Below, piece after piece: positions 28,781-41,903 of a DNA stretch of 64,000 bases. The stretch is from Octopus sinensis (taxonomy: Eukaryota). The translations under genes were made by a program, and so were the position numbers. The DNA is taken from positions 1 through 64,000 of the forward strand of contig NW_021832267.1 in the NCBI RefSeq assembly GCF_006345805.1, read 5' to 3'. Position 1 is the first letter of the stretch, and every line of letters begins with the position of its first letter. The notes below the pieces were generated by a model. It saw nothing but the letters and a program-made list of their open reading frames with translations. It was not told the origin of the DNA and did not search any database.

Positions 28781-29367
28781 TGCCCTGATGCAGTTACCAG
28801 GCAGTGGATAAATGCCCTGATGCAAGTAGTACCAGGCAGTGGCTCTCATGGCTTCTGATTCTTAACTGATTGGAAGTGTTATCATGTACATTGTTTTTGT
28901 CTTGGTATAAAAGATGGGCTACAGCAAATATTCTGCTCAATACCACAGATTGCTTGTCAGTTGTTTGACGTAACCAGTTGAGCATGTCCCTTAGTGGCTG
29001 ACGATATGTGCATCTCGATCACGAGCAGAAGTAGTGGGGGAGCATATATAGCCATGTGTTGAGAGGGATGCTTTGGGGTTTGAATAGTTCACCTCTGGAA
29101 ACATGGGTGGTTCTTTCAACATCCTTAAACAACCCTATTCGGGGACCGTTTGAGCGGATGGGCTACTCAACTGAAGAAAATTCAACTGGGCCCCACCTGC
29201 AAGGTCATGTGCTGTTTATCTTGATATGAGATCACCATGTCGCGCACATATGGTTGTGATGCATGTGCCTGGTGTACCTTTATCAGACGGGTAGTCATGA
29301 TGGGTATATTGGGCTTCGTATATTTTACCCCAGTGTCACTTTGATGGCATGAACTGCTCTCTCACTC
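28781..29367 (+). mobile_element. Non-coding TAA-associated retroposon (family D), full-length copy 1 with duplicated 5' head
   Basis: TGCCCTGATG...GGCATG(A/C)ACTGCTCTCTCACTC then (AAT)n; homologous copies at 29506, 30839, 53926 and 62918. Confidence 0.85.
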
Positions 29368-29419
<52 letters not shown>

Positions 29420-29423
29420 TAAT

Positions 29424-29985
29424 ATGCTCAACTGGTTAAGGTCAAACAACTGACAAACTAATATGTAGTGTTGAGCAGAACAATTGCTGTAGCCCATCTT
29501 TTATATTTTGTCTTGGTATAAAAGATGGGCTACGGCAATTGTTCTGCTCAATACTACAGATTTGCTTGTCAGTTGTTTGACCTTAACCAGTTGAGTATGT
29601 CCCTTAGTGGCTGACGATATGTGCATCTCTGATCCCGAGCAGAAGTAGTGGGGGAGCATCATAGCCATGTGTTGAGAGGGATTATTTGGGAGTTTGAATA
29701 ATTCACCTCTGGAAACATGGGTGGGTCTTTCAACATCCTTAAACAATCCTTATTCAGGGACCTTTTGAGCGGGATGGGCTACTCAACCTGAAGAAAATTT
29801 TAACTGGGCCACACCTTCAAGGTCATGCACTGTTTAACTTGATATGAGATCACGATCTTGCGCACATATGGTTGTGATGCATGTGCCTGGTGTACCCTTA
29901 TCAAACGGGTAGTCATGATAGGAATACTGGGCTTCGTATATTTTACCCCAGTGTCACTTTGATGGCATGCACTGCTCTCTCACTC
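29424..29985 (+). mobile_element. Family D copy 2, 5'-truncated with fold-back inverted duplication
   Basis: 29424-29505 is the near reverse complement of 29517-29598; remainder matches copy 1 through the same 3' end. Confidence 0.85.
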
Positions 29986-30078
29986 AATAATAATAATAAT
30001 AATGATAATAATAATAATAATAATAATAATATAATAATAATAATAATAATAATAATGATAATAATAATAATAATAATA

Positions 30079-30144
<66 letters not shown>

Positions 30145-30190
30145 TGATAATAATAATAATGATAATAATAATAATAATAATAATAATAAT

Positions 30191-30393
30191 AGGGAATGAT
30201 AAAGAAGCGGGCTGAGAGATATATTAAGCAACACCTTGGTAACTCCAATCTCCATGAACTACAAAAGATAACCTTGTTGGGTACAGCTCATATACTACGG
30301 AAAGCACTCTCCATCTAAACTGCTACTCTTGGCCTCCGGAGGATGCCCGGTACGAAGGCAGCTGAAATAAAGTTATAATGAAGAGAAACCATA
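30191..30393 (+). mobile_element. 3' end of a second R4/Dong-type subfamily in (TAA)n
   Basis: Translates GMIKKRAERYIKQHLGNSNLHELQKITLLGTAHILRKALSI*, the QK..LLGTAHILR terminus of R4/Dong proteins; 3' UTR differs from subfamily 1. Confidence 0.85.
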
Positions 30394-30410
30394 AATGATA
30401 ATAATAATAC

Positions 30411-30777
30411 TTTTCTTTTTACTTGTTTCAGCCATTTGAGTGCGGCCATGCTAGAGCACAGCCTTTAGTCGAGCAAATCGACCCCAGGACTTATTCTTTG
30501 TAAGGCTAGTACTTATTCTATCGGTCGCTTTTGCCGAACCGCTAAGTTACGGGGACGTAAACACACCAGCGTTGGTTGTCAACACACATACATACTTATA
30601 TATGTATACATATATACAACGGGCTTCTTTCAGTTTCCGTCAACCAAATCCACTCACAAGGCTTATATCGCCCGAGGCTATAGTAGAAGACACTTGCCGA
30701 AGGTGCTACGCAGTGGGACTGAACTGGGCCCCATGTGGTTCGTAAGCAAGCTACTTACCACACAGCCACTCCTATGC
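30411..30777 (-). mobile_element. tRNA-headed CORE-like SINE, family C, near full length
   Basis: Minus strand: AGGAGTGGCTGTGTGGTAAG (A-box), CAGTTCAGTCCC (B-box), CACCTTCGGCAAGTGTCTTCTACTATAGCCTCGG (CORE-like), internal microsatellite, tail GGCTGAAACAAGTAAAAAG. Confidence 0.85.
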
Positions 30778-30788
30778 ATATAATAATG

Positions 30789-30838
<50 letters not shown>

Positions 30839-30839
<1 letters not shown>

Positions 30840-31377
30840 GCCCTGATGGGGCAGTGGCTCTCGTGGCTTCTGATCTTAACTGATTGAAAGTGTTATCATG
30901 TACATTGTTTTGTCTTGCTATAAAAGCAAATATTCTACTTAATACCACAGATTTGCTTGTCTGTTGTTTGACCTTAACCAGTTGAGCATGTCCCTTAGTG
31001 GGCTGACGGTATGTGCATCTCTGATCATGAGCAGAAGTAGTGGGGGAGCATCATAGCCATGTGTTGAGAGGGATTCTTTGGGGTTTGAGATAATTCACCT
31101 CTGGAAACATGGGTGGTTCGTTCAACATCCTTAAACAACCCTTATTCAGGGACCTTTTGGGCGGGATGGGTTACTCGACAAGAAGAAAATTCTAACTGGG
31201 TCCCACCTGCAAGGTCATGTGCTGTTTATCTTGATATGAGATCACCATGTTGCGCACATATGGTTGTGATGCATGTGCCTAGTGTACTCTTATCAGACAG
31301 GTAGTCATGATGGGTATACTGGGCTTCGTATATTTTATCCCAGTGTCACTTTGATGGCATGCTCTGCTCTCTCACTC
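30839..31377 (+). mobile_element. Family D copy 3, full length, in (TAA)n
   Basis: Starts at the same base (TGCCCTGATG) and ends at the same base (CTCTCACTC) as copy 1. Confidence 0.85.
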
Positions 31378-31423
31378 AATAGTAATAAAAATAAATAATA
31401 ATAATAATAATAATAACGATAAT

Positions 31424-31520
<97 letters not shown>

Positions 31521-32904
31521 GTAATAATAATTGGAATAATTGGCAAAGACATTGATTAGCTTGGCGGTCTATTGTGTACTGTATGAGAGGATAATGTATT
31601 CTTGCATACACTAACATTGATTAGAACTAGAATTAGCAGAATTTGTAATACTCTAAGTTTGAAACCCACATGTACAATCTGTGGAATTTAACTGAATTGC
31701 TTTTATGTTTTCCCATCACAACCAATTAACTCATATATTTTATGCTGTGTCATTTTCCCCCCACATTTATTGAGAAATCCTAAATCGCCAGATGATAAAT
31801 AGTCGACGATACTGTATCACTTAACAACCTGACAAGAATGTATGCCGTCTTGTCTACAACGATCCTGAATGAAACACAAACATTTTGAAATTGCTACAGT
31901 TCCAGTGCCATACACAATTCCCGCTCCGTACGGTATTTATGTTCAAATACGAAAGCGCAAGGAGACGGAAATAATGTAAAATAAAATAGTGATGTCCACC
32001 ATTTTGTGCCCTCTTTATGTTGATAGTTTATGTAAATTCTTCATATTTACACAAGCTTTATTCACCGTCAAAAATTGACAGTTATTTTCATCGCATATTC
32101 TTTAGAAGAGTTGTAGAGCTATAGTTATAAATTTCCATTTTCCGTCATTCTTCTCTGGATCTCGGCTGTTCAATCCCCGCTTTCGTTTTATCATTGTGTA
32201 AAAGACAAATGATATATAGAACACAGCAAATGCTCTCATTTTTATGTTTTTTTAGTCACTTTCTATATTCTATTCTATTAGCAGGTTTGCGACGCATCAT
32301 TGACGTTTCTCTTAAATCTTGCTTCTTAAAAAAAAAATTATAAAATAATTGCCGCTTTTGCCGTATTTTTTATGTGATTACGTTGTTTGAATAAACTATG
32401 TCTAATTAGGGATTTGGTCCTCCAAGCAGAGGTTGAAATAATTCTCTGTGAGCGTCGGAGAAGAGGAAGAGCGAGAAGGGGAGAGGGAGAGAGAGAGGGA
32501 GCAAAAAAAGAAGTAAGAAAAAGAGTGAGGAGAGACTAAGTGAGAGCGGAAGCAAAAGTGCTTTTATTTACAGCTTGGAACTAGATCAATCTTAAATAAC
32601 TACGTAAGAAATAAAACACGTTAAAATTTTTAAAAAAACCTGCGTCGCATATACAAAAAAACACTTACATACATTCATACACACATTCACAGACGCACAG
32701 TCATGAATACATGCAAGCGTTAACACGCTATCTTCAAGGTGAGGTTTTCGCAGGGATGCAATGTTTTATGAATAGCGATTATTTATTGTATATTTTTGTA
32801 TGGGAATTAGGCGAAATGGAAAGGCTGAGAATGACTGACGTAAAGGCTTCCTCGTGGGTTGGAAATATCTGGAGTTTCAAGCCAAGGTGTATATGAGACA
32901 TATA

Positions 32905-32974
<70 letters not shown>

Positions 32975-33589
32975 ATATATGGTGTGTGTGTGTGGGTGTG
33001 GGAGAGGAGAGAGAGGAGAGAGAGAGGAGAGAGACAGAGACAGAGACAGAAAGAGCCTTTTAGTATGCCTTTCAAAGCCAGTTCACTGTATTCGGCTACC
33101 TGGTGTCATCGACAATATGGGTTTAAATGGCACTGGATTTACTTCTGGAATTCCTTCGTGTCCTTAGAGTTTATAGCATATGAAAGAAGGAGAAAGAAAG
33201 TGGAATTCGTGACATTCTTTAGTAATCACTACGATCGTTTCGACCCATCGTGCATCGGTCCCTTGCGGGTCGGATCCTGCACAAATGATTCTGGTGCATC
33301 ATTCGGCGCAGATGTGCTTTATCAGGTTAACTGTCAAATGTAGCTCATTCTTTAATCTTAGTTTCGCTTATTTCGATTAAAATTCATTCTGGCAGTTTTC
33401 TGTAGTTACTTGCATACACGAAAAAACTTGAGTTAGAATTAAGAACACTTCTCTTGTAAGTAATCAATTGACTTACAAAGAATAAAAAATAAAATAAGTA
33501 TAAAATAACCCGTGAATCAAATAATATGCTTAACAGATATGAAATAGCTAAACTAAAATCACATATATACATACATGCGTGTATATATA

Positions 33590-33629
<40 letters not shown>

Positions 33630-33642
<13 letters not shown>

Positions 33643-33996
33643 CCATTCTGTGTGTGTGTGTGTGGTGGCTTCTAGGATCACGGGCATCCTCCGTCCGATT
33701 GAGCTCAAATTTGATATGTAGACACCGACAGCATCAGGGCGCGTATAAGTCTTGAAAAAATTACAAAAATCGATTCCAGGTGAGAATGCGATCGATAAGC
33801 CGTGGAAATCGTTTTTCTTTGGAATAGAAAAAAGTCTATCTTTATTTCTTCTTTTGTTGATGTCTCAAATTTAGGTTAAATCAGTGTTTCTCAAAGGGGA
33901 GGGCTATGGGAGGGTCGGACAAGTTGTTTTGAGAAAATTTGGTTTAAATGTTTGACAACACAACACCATCCATTGGATGGGGGGCGTTTTGCTCGA
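33630..33996 (+). mobile_element. Probable non-autonomous Helitron
   Basis: 5' TATATATAAA plus (GT)n plus CCGATTGAGCTCAAATTTG, typical of Helitron-derived short elements; 3' hairpin CCATCC-ATT-GGATGG (33966-33980) 11 bp before CTCG (decayed CTRR). Confidence 0.5.
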
Positions 33997-34061
<65 letters not shown>

Positions 34062-34239
34062 CGAGTGAAAGATACTCATCTAAAAGAAAGATACTCATCT
34101 AAAAATATAAGCACACACACACACAACACAAACATATACACACGCGCGCATTCATACATATAAACATATTGGTATATATTTGACAGAACAACAGAAATAT
34201 TAGATGAAGAAATTAGGTATGTGGTGTAGTTGTAATTGA

Positions 34240-35150
34240 TGATGATGATGATGATGGTGGTAGTGGTGTTGTTGTTGTTGGTGGTGGTGGTGGTGGCGGT
34301 GGTGGTGGTGGTGATGATGATAATGACGAAGACGACGAAACGTTCACGATGAGGATGATATTGTACTTGCTGTTCTTGATTCAGAAACGAAAGAGAACAT
34401 ATAATACATCCCCCTCCCCCACCCAGCCCAACCTGTCGCCTGAGCCATAAACAAAAAAACAAAACACAAACCAAAAGAATAGAAAAACAAATCTTCAGTT
34501 TGTCTTTGTGTAGAAGTTGAAAAACATCATCATTTACAGACACAGTGAAAATTATTGTTATTACAGATGTACACGTTTTTATTGTTGTTTGTTGTTGTTG
34601 TTGCGATGATAGATGTCAGAGAAGTGAGAGCGATGGCGGCGGCGGCGTTGATGCTGGTGCTGTTGATACTGTTGGTCATCGTCGTATATTCTCTTGCGGA
34701 GTTTCTGGTTTGGATGGCAGTAATGGTCTTGGTGATGGTGGTGGTGGCGGTGGTGGTGCTGTTGCTGCTGGTGGTAGTGGTGGTGATGGTGATGGTGGTG
34801 TGGTGGTGGTGGTGGTGGTGGTGATGGTGGTGGTGGTGGTGGTGGTGGCGGTGGTGGTGGTGCTGCTGCTGGTGGTAGTGGTGGTGATTGTGATGGTGGT
34901 GGTGATGGTGGTGGTAGTGGTGGTGGTGGTGGTGGTGGTGGTGGTGGTGGCGGTGGGGTGGTGGTGGTGGTAGGGGTCCTGGTTGTGGTGGTGGTCAAGG
35001 TTGTTACGATGTGTGTTATATACCAGACAGTTTGCCGTCAAGACATGCCTCGTCTTATTATTATCATCATTATTATTATTATTGTTGCTGTCGTTGTTGT
35101 TGCTGCTGATGATGTGATTGTTGTTGTTATAAGTGGATGTTGATGTTGTT
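34240..35150. repeat. (GGT)n/(GAT)n/(GTT)n low-complexity tract
   Basis: Direct reading; source of poly-V, P, T and H ORFs. Similar tracts at 36340-36700 and 43830-44990. Confidence 0.9.
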
Positions 35151-35342
35151 GTTATCGTTTATGTTACGTTGGCCTGTTGTCGCATGTGTTGTTGTTGTTC
35201 TCGTCTTAGTAGTTGTTAGTGTCGGCAGGCGTGAGTGTGGTGTTACGCGGCGTGATGACGGTGAAGGGCGTCAGCGTGGTGAATGCTGAGTGAATACGTG
35301 AATGATGACACCGAATGGTGTGTGTGCTTGTGTGCACATTTT

Positions 35343-35387
<45 letters not shown>

Positions 35388-35507
35388 CGTATATAAACAT
35401 ACATTTACACACACAAACACATACATACAAAATTAGACAGAAAGAGAGGAAGCTAGAGACATACATGCATATATACGTACATACACATATAATATATATA
35501 ATATAAA

Positions 35508-35543
<36 letters not shown>

Positions 35544-35677
35544 TATATAATATATATACACTATATATATATAAATGCTATATATATAATATTATACTAT
35601 ATATATATATATATATAATATATATTATATATATATTATATACACTATATATATATAATGCTATATATATATATATA

Positions 35678-35749
<72 letters not shown>

Positions 35750-36368
35750 TATATATATATAAATGATATATATATATATGTATACATATATCTTTATATA
35801 TAACTCCGCACACGTTTGAAAATACAAACACTCATATATATATATATATATATTATACATACATACACATAAATCCATATATACATACATGCACAGATAA
35901 CATACGTACGCACAAGCATACATAGACGCATGCTATCATCAGTGTTATTCGCCAAGTAGGCGGCGCCACCACGAACACCTTCCACAAGTTGTTTGAATGT
36001 TAGGTATCTGTGCCATATAATCAGTGAAGAAACGATTTATGTACTTCTTGATTTCATGGTTTATCCATCTAGCGGCAACTCTGGACATTAGAAAGCATCA
36101 TATTGTTCTCAAAGAAAGGGGTGTTTTCGATTCCATCGCAAATGACACCAAAGTACTACATATGGCGATAGAAGGTATCCAGTCATGCAATGCAACCTCT
36201 TCAAGCTATGGGATTTTTTTGTTTTGTTTTATTTTTCGATTTTTTCTTTATTTCTTATCTTTATTTGTATTTTCTACTTTCTTAGATTATATATTACTAA
36301 AGACGGTAAATATTACGAACTGTTGGCTAGATGGCGCCAGTGGTAGCAGTAGTAGTAGTAGTAGTAGT

Positions 36369-36412
<44 letters not shown>

Positions 36413-37030
36413 TAGTAGTAGTGTAGTAGTAGTAGTAGTAGTAGGAGGAGGAGTTCTGGTGGTGGTGGTGGTGGTGGTGCTGCTGCTGGTGCTGGTGGTG
36501 CTGGTGGTGCTGGTAGTGGTGGTGGTGGTGGTGCACTGTTGATGATGGCTGGTGAAGAAGGGAAGTTGATGATGGTGATGATGATGGTGCGTTTCATATC
36601 AACGTTAATGGTATGATAAAAATGACGGTAACGGTGGTGTTGGGGGTGGTGGTGGCGATTGTAGTGGCGTTGGTAATGTCTTATAGTGATGGTATTGGTT
36701 CTGCTCAAATGAATTGGGCGAAGAAAGAATCCATCAAGCTGATGAGGGACAAAGAAATTATTAAAAGCAAAATCGTAAACTCGTTGGAACGTTAGACTCG
36801 ATCAATGATCTTACCTGATGCTACATCATATGACACGTTATGATATATTACGAAACCATATGATATCATATGGTGTTGGGCTTTAGCGATTGACGGTAGG
36901 GAGGGAAACCTGCTCCAATTATTTGCAAAAGTGAGGATGCCACTAAACGCATCGAGGGTGCAGCGGTGTTATACCGAGCGAAGGAAGAAATGGACGATTT
37001 TGATATGAAGAAAAAATATATGAATTGACA

Positions 37031-37259
37031 TCGGCGAACTGGCAGAAACGTTAGCACGCCGGGCGAAATGCGGAGCCGTATTTCGTCTGCCGTTACGTTC
37101 TGAGTTCAAATTCCGCCGAGGTCGACTTTGTCTTTCATCCTTTCGGGGTCGATAAATTAAGTACCAGATACGCACTGGGGTCGATGCAATCGACTTAATT
37201 CGTTTATCTGTTCTTGTTTGCCCCCTCTATGTTTAGCCCCTTGTGGATAATAAAGAAAC
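37031..37259 (+). mobile_element. Family A SINE, young copy
   Basis: GGCGAACTGGCAGAAACGTTAGCACGCCGGGCGAAATG...GAGTTCAAATTCCGCCGAGGTCGAC...TAGCCCCTTGTGGATAATAAAGAAA. Confidence 0.9.
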
Positions 37260-37300
37260 ATATATATTATATTATTTAATATTATATTGTGATATGATAT

Positions 37301-37517
37301 AGGGCGGCGAGCTGGCAGAGTTGCTACCACGCCGGGCAAAGTGATTAACGGCATTTTCGTTTGTTTTTACATTCTGAGTCCAGTTACCGCCAAGGTCGAT
37401 TTTGCATTTCATCCTTTCGGGGTTCGGGATCGATAAAATCAAGCACTAGGGTCGATGTAATCGACAACTCACTTCCGCCAAATTTCAGATCTTGTGCCTA
37501 TAGTAGAAACGGTATTA
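37301..37517 (+). mobile_element. Family A SINE with alternative tail (TGTGCCTATAGTAGAAA)
   Basis: Same head and core as 37031; tail shared with the copies at 55485 and 50470. Confidence 0.8.
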
Positions 37518-38589
37518 CATCCTATAATATGTTGTGGCGTGATTTCATATGATATACGATACAGCTTAAGACATTATATGGTATAATGTAGTATATGACT
37601 TATGATATACAACATATGATTATACATATGATATGATATGATATATGATGTGTAATGAGATATATGGGACATCAAACGACACTATATAGTATATGATGTG
37701 ATACAAACTATGTATGATGTGAAGATATTCGTACATAACAAGTGCTTAGTGCTGGGGGTTTTCGTGTTGATATCTTTGTTATATCGCACGTTCGGATGAC
37801 CTCTACTCAACTCTGGCGTCTAGACTTCTCCCTCTATATCTACGTATCGGGCTAGCCTACTTCATCGTCTGGGGGCGTCCACACAACATTAAAATGTTGG
37901 GTTTAGAAAATGAAATTAAATTATAAGAATATAAAAAAGAAACGGTCATCGTTGTGAACCAACGTGACTCCTTATTTTGCCGTCCAATCTTTTAAAATCT
38001 GCACTAAATACCCTTTAAATTATACCCAAGGTGTTAAAAACTGAAAAGCATATAGGATAATATAATCCAAGATACACTATGTCTGAGAAAACTATGGAAC
38101 TGTCATGGGTGGAACGTCTTTGGAAATCTAGGACTTAGAGTTTATCGTCAATTCACATTATCTTTGGCAAATGCCTTCTGTAGTATTCTCATATTTAGTA
38201 AAAATGCAAATAAAACTAGTAATTTCGAATAAAAACATCTAGAATTGTTTGTTCTTCCCAAGTTACACGAATGCTCCCTTGTCAGTCTTCCTATCCTAAA
38301 TGCAGTAAACAAGTGAACGGTCTGTTGGATATCAGTAACAATTAATGCTTTTGCTGACAATGTGTCAGATAAATAATCAATCGAGTTTGAGCTTTGGCCT
38401 AACAACAACAACAACAATAATGATAAATGCTATATCAACGGATACATTGATGTGACTGCACATATGATTTTTACACATAGTAATAACATCATTAACGAGG
38501 ATTCACCAAGAATAGTTATAATATTCATGTTATCAACAATAAAAGTTTATGATACATCACACGAAGGGGTGATGCTATCATTAACGTAC

Positions 38590-38870
38590 GCGTGCGGTCA
38601 ACCAGAGAAACTTCTACGTGGTGATTAAAAGTATTAGAAACAGCATCTCGAGATCTTCCACACACACCTTACGTTTAAGTAATATCCTTTAGCCTCTTGA
38701 CAGAGGCCCCAAATTTCCCTCAAATAGCAATACATTAACAATGAAAAGAAAAACTGGTAGCATAATTTACTCGTATGTACGCTACGTCTAAATGAAAGAG
38801 GCCTTCGTCTTAGCTAGAAAGCCTTGATCATAGGAAGACAACTGGATCGGGGATGATCTGACAATAAATA
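38590..38870 (+). mobile_element. Old dispersed repeat, family E (SINE or LINE-tail-like)
   Basis: Carries a decayed form of the motif GATGGTCAYGGCTGGAA..YTTTGATCA also seen near 7270, 38100, 39295, 40370, 60380 and (minus) 51020-51080. Confidence 0.5.
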
Positions 38871-38930
38871 AACTATAATAAAATAATCAACAAAACAAGT
38901 GAGGCAATGTTTCTAACTCAAGTGCTAGAT

Positions 38931-39258
38931 CACGGGTCCTCATCCTTTTTTTAATTTATGGACTCCTTTCGTTACTATTTTATTTTAATGGACCACCATA
39001 GCCATTCGATGTTTAAAAACCAGTTTTATAGAAACTTCTTTCAAATTTCTTATTTTGTTTTTCATACATCCACTTGTGTAGTTTGAACTATGGAAACCCA
39101 ACTGTTTCTTGTAATACCTACCAATACTTACATCTTAAGCAAAATTTTTCAGAGGCACTTGAGATACTATTGTGAATCGTCAAGTCTACTATTTTGCATG
39201 GACCCCAAAATCTTATTTGGGCCCTCAGGGTCCATATGGACCCGGTTGAGAACCACTG
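38931..39258. mobile_element. hAT (Buster/Charlie-like) MITE
   Basis: Perfect 8-bp TSD TGCTAGAT at 38923-38930 and 39259-39266 with central TA; right TIR reads CAGTGGTTCTCAACC on the minus strand, left TIR CACGGGTCCTCATCC (11 of 15). Confidence 0.85.
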
Positions 39259-39621
39259 TGCTAGATGGTTAGATTAAACTCTTGTGACAGAATTTATGGC
39301 TACGGCTGAAATGGCCTTTGATCATAGGCAACACTTAGGATGAAGCCACAACAGTATGACCCATTGCCGTACATACCACACATCATTAGGAAAGTGAATG
39401 ACATACAAATGAATCTCCCAAAAGGAAAGACACGTTACAGCGTCTGGTTCATTTTTTGTGTTCTTATATCCAATAACAACTCGGCTTATTTCGATCATCA
39501 TCCTTCTAAGAACGACAGCATGAGGCACCAGTTGACTAATGGGCTTGAATTAGTCCTCTAAACATCTTTTCAAAGTACATGGAACCGGAACTATTTTAAT
39601 TCACTATTACAGTCATTCGCA

Positions 39622-39955
39622 TGGCGTTGGATTGGCAGAGCTGTGAAGGTGTAGAGCAAAATGTCTCTTCAGCACTTGTTTCAGCTGTGTGCGTTCTAAG
39701 TTCAACTTTGTTTTTTTTTCATCCTTTCAAGGTCGATAAAACAAAGTACCAATGATATGAATCGGATAAAATGTTTAGCGGGGTTTCTTCCAACTCATTA
39801 CGTTCTGAATTCAATTTCCACAAGGATTAACTTTTGCCATTCACCCCTCTGGGGTCGATAAAATGGAGTACTAGTCAAGTACTGGGGTCGATTGTATCGA
39901 CCAAATCCCTCCCCTCGAATTGTTACTCTTGAGCCAAAAGTCGAAATCATCATTA
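39622..39955 (+). mobile_element. Two decayed family A SINEs
   Basis: TTCATCCTTTCAAGGTCGATAAAACAAAGTACC and TTTGCCATTCACCCCTCTGGGGTCGATAAAATGGAGTAC cores. Confidence 0.7.
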
Positions 39956-40497
39956 TTATTATCAATATCTCGAGATTACTGAGTCTTCGTTTATACTTCA
40001 TAGGTCTTGGAAATATCGAAGTTTACTTCACTGTGGTCGTTCAACATTTTAAATAAATACAAGAACTGCTCCAGAAAAGAAAAGGGGTTTTGATCAAATG
40101 AATTGATTCTAACGTATTATGGAAGACTTAATTTGTTTGTTCCATCAGCTGGATATAGCAGTCAAATTTTCTTCAAAATACCCTATTTTCTAAAAAAAAA
40201 AATAGACACGTACACTAATCTTGAAAATAGACACGTACACAATCTTGAAAATCTTTTTGCACTGCAAAAAGACGGGGTGGTCACGGTTGAAACAAGAATA
40301 CGGTTGAGTGAACATTAAGTCGCTAAAAACCAAATCTCCGTTAATGTAGATATCTCATCGTTAGAAAGACAAGATGGTCATGGCTGGAACGCTTTTGATC
40401 AAAGGTTTGTCCGATCAAGGATGATCTTATACGTTTATCTATCCTCGTAATGGAAAAGTGAAAGACGACGCAGGAAAAAGAATGACCTTATGTTTTT

Positions 40498-40911
40498 GTA
40501 TTTCTTTATTGCCCACATAGGGCTAAATATAGAGGGGACAAACAAGGACAAAGTATTTTAGTCGATTACATCGACCCCAATGCGTAAATGGTAATTATTT
40601 AATCGACCTCGAAAGGATGAAAGGCAAAGTCGACCTCGGCGTAATTTGAACTCAGAAGGTAACGCTAGACGAAATACCTATTTCTTTACTACCCACAAGG
40701 GGTTAAACATAGAGGGAACAAACAAGGACAGACAAAGGGATTAAGTCGATTACATCGACCCCAGTGCGTAACTGGTACTTAATTTATCGACCCCGAAAGG
40801 ATGAAAGGCAAAGTCGACCTCGGTGGAATTTGAACTCAGAAGGTAACGCTAGACGAAATACCGCTAGGCATTTCGCCCGGAGTGGTAACGATTCTGCCAG
40901 CTCGCCGCCTT
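40498..40911 (-). mobile_element. Family A SINE head-to-tail dimer (full copy 40677-40911 plus headless copy 40498-40678)
   Basis: Two colinear copies joined at GACGAAATACC. Confidence 0.9.
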
Positions 40912-41525
40912 AAGAGTTTGGATTACCAGTTTCGAAAAGTATGAACTTCACACCTATATCTTTTTCCAGATAATATGAATGACAGGATTTAACCAGGTAG
41001 ATATTATGCTAAGTTATGTAACGAAAACTTGTTTACCTTAACAGTTTCAAAATGTATGGACATGACATCTATGTCTTTCAATCAATATTGGCTACAGATG
41101 AACAGAAAAGTCATACAATTGACTATATGACAACACTAAAAGGTAGGGTAAATATAAATTCTATTTTACCTCTTTTGTGATCATCAGTAGCCGGCTGCTG
41201 AAACATCTTTTTAAACTACAGCAAAGTAAGCGATTAAGCGATCCTCATTGCCAGTGGAACCTCCCTGCGATCGTGTGATTCGAAAGTGATGGAAATAGAG
41301 ATGACGGTCGCGAAAAATTATCTTAAAGAAATGGATACCAAAAATTTAAGACAAGAAAAAAAGAAAAAAAAGTTTTAGTTGCAGATTGTCACGTCAGCAT
41401 CAACATGGTTTAGTTTATATGAAGAGTGTCAAAAACTGCCATCTGTCGGTCATCTTATCTGTTGCCAGCAATTACCGAGCGCCATTATTGGAGATTAATA
41501 CTAAAATTGGAGTCACGAAATTTCT

Positions 41526-41572
<47 letters not shown>

Positions 41573-41769
41573 GATTTTTGAAAAAGACTTTTGCCATTTA
41601 ATTCGCCCCTATTGCACTCTAGAGCTCTCTGCAGTAACTGCGTCTCCTTTTTACTCTCTTTGTATATATATGTGTGTGCGTGTGTGTGTGTGTGTGGTGT
41701 GTGTGTGTGTGTGTGTGTATCTCACTCTATGTATATTCATAATCGTCTACAGGCGAATTTTGCATAAAC

Positions 41770-41816
<47 letters not shown>

Positions 41817-41872
41817 TATTCTTCCGTAAATGCATTGAAATATACATGCACACGCACGCACACACACATGCA

Positions 41873-41903
<31 letters not shown>

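Noticed and set aside
34545-35041. Proline-, valine- and threonine-rich ORFs resembling extensin or formin
   Set aside because: All frames of a (GGT)n tract are open; no unique coding flank.
36866-37000. GC-richer unique segment as a possible host exon
   Set aside because: Short open frames without recognisable homology or clear splice sites; cannot be excluded without RNA-seq.
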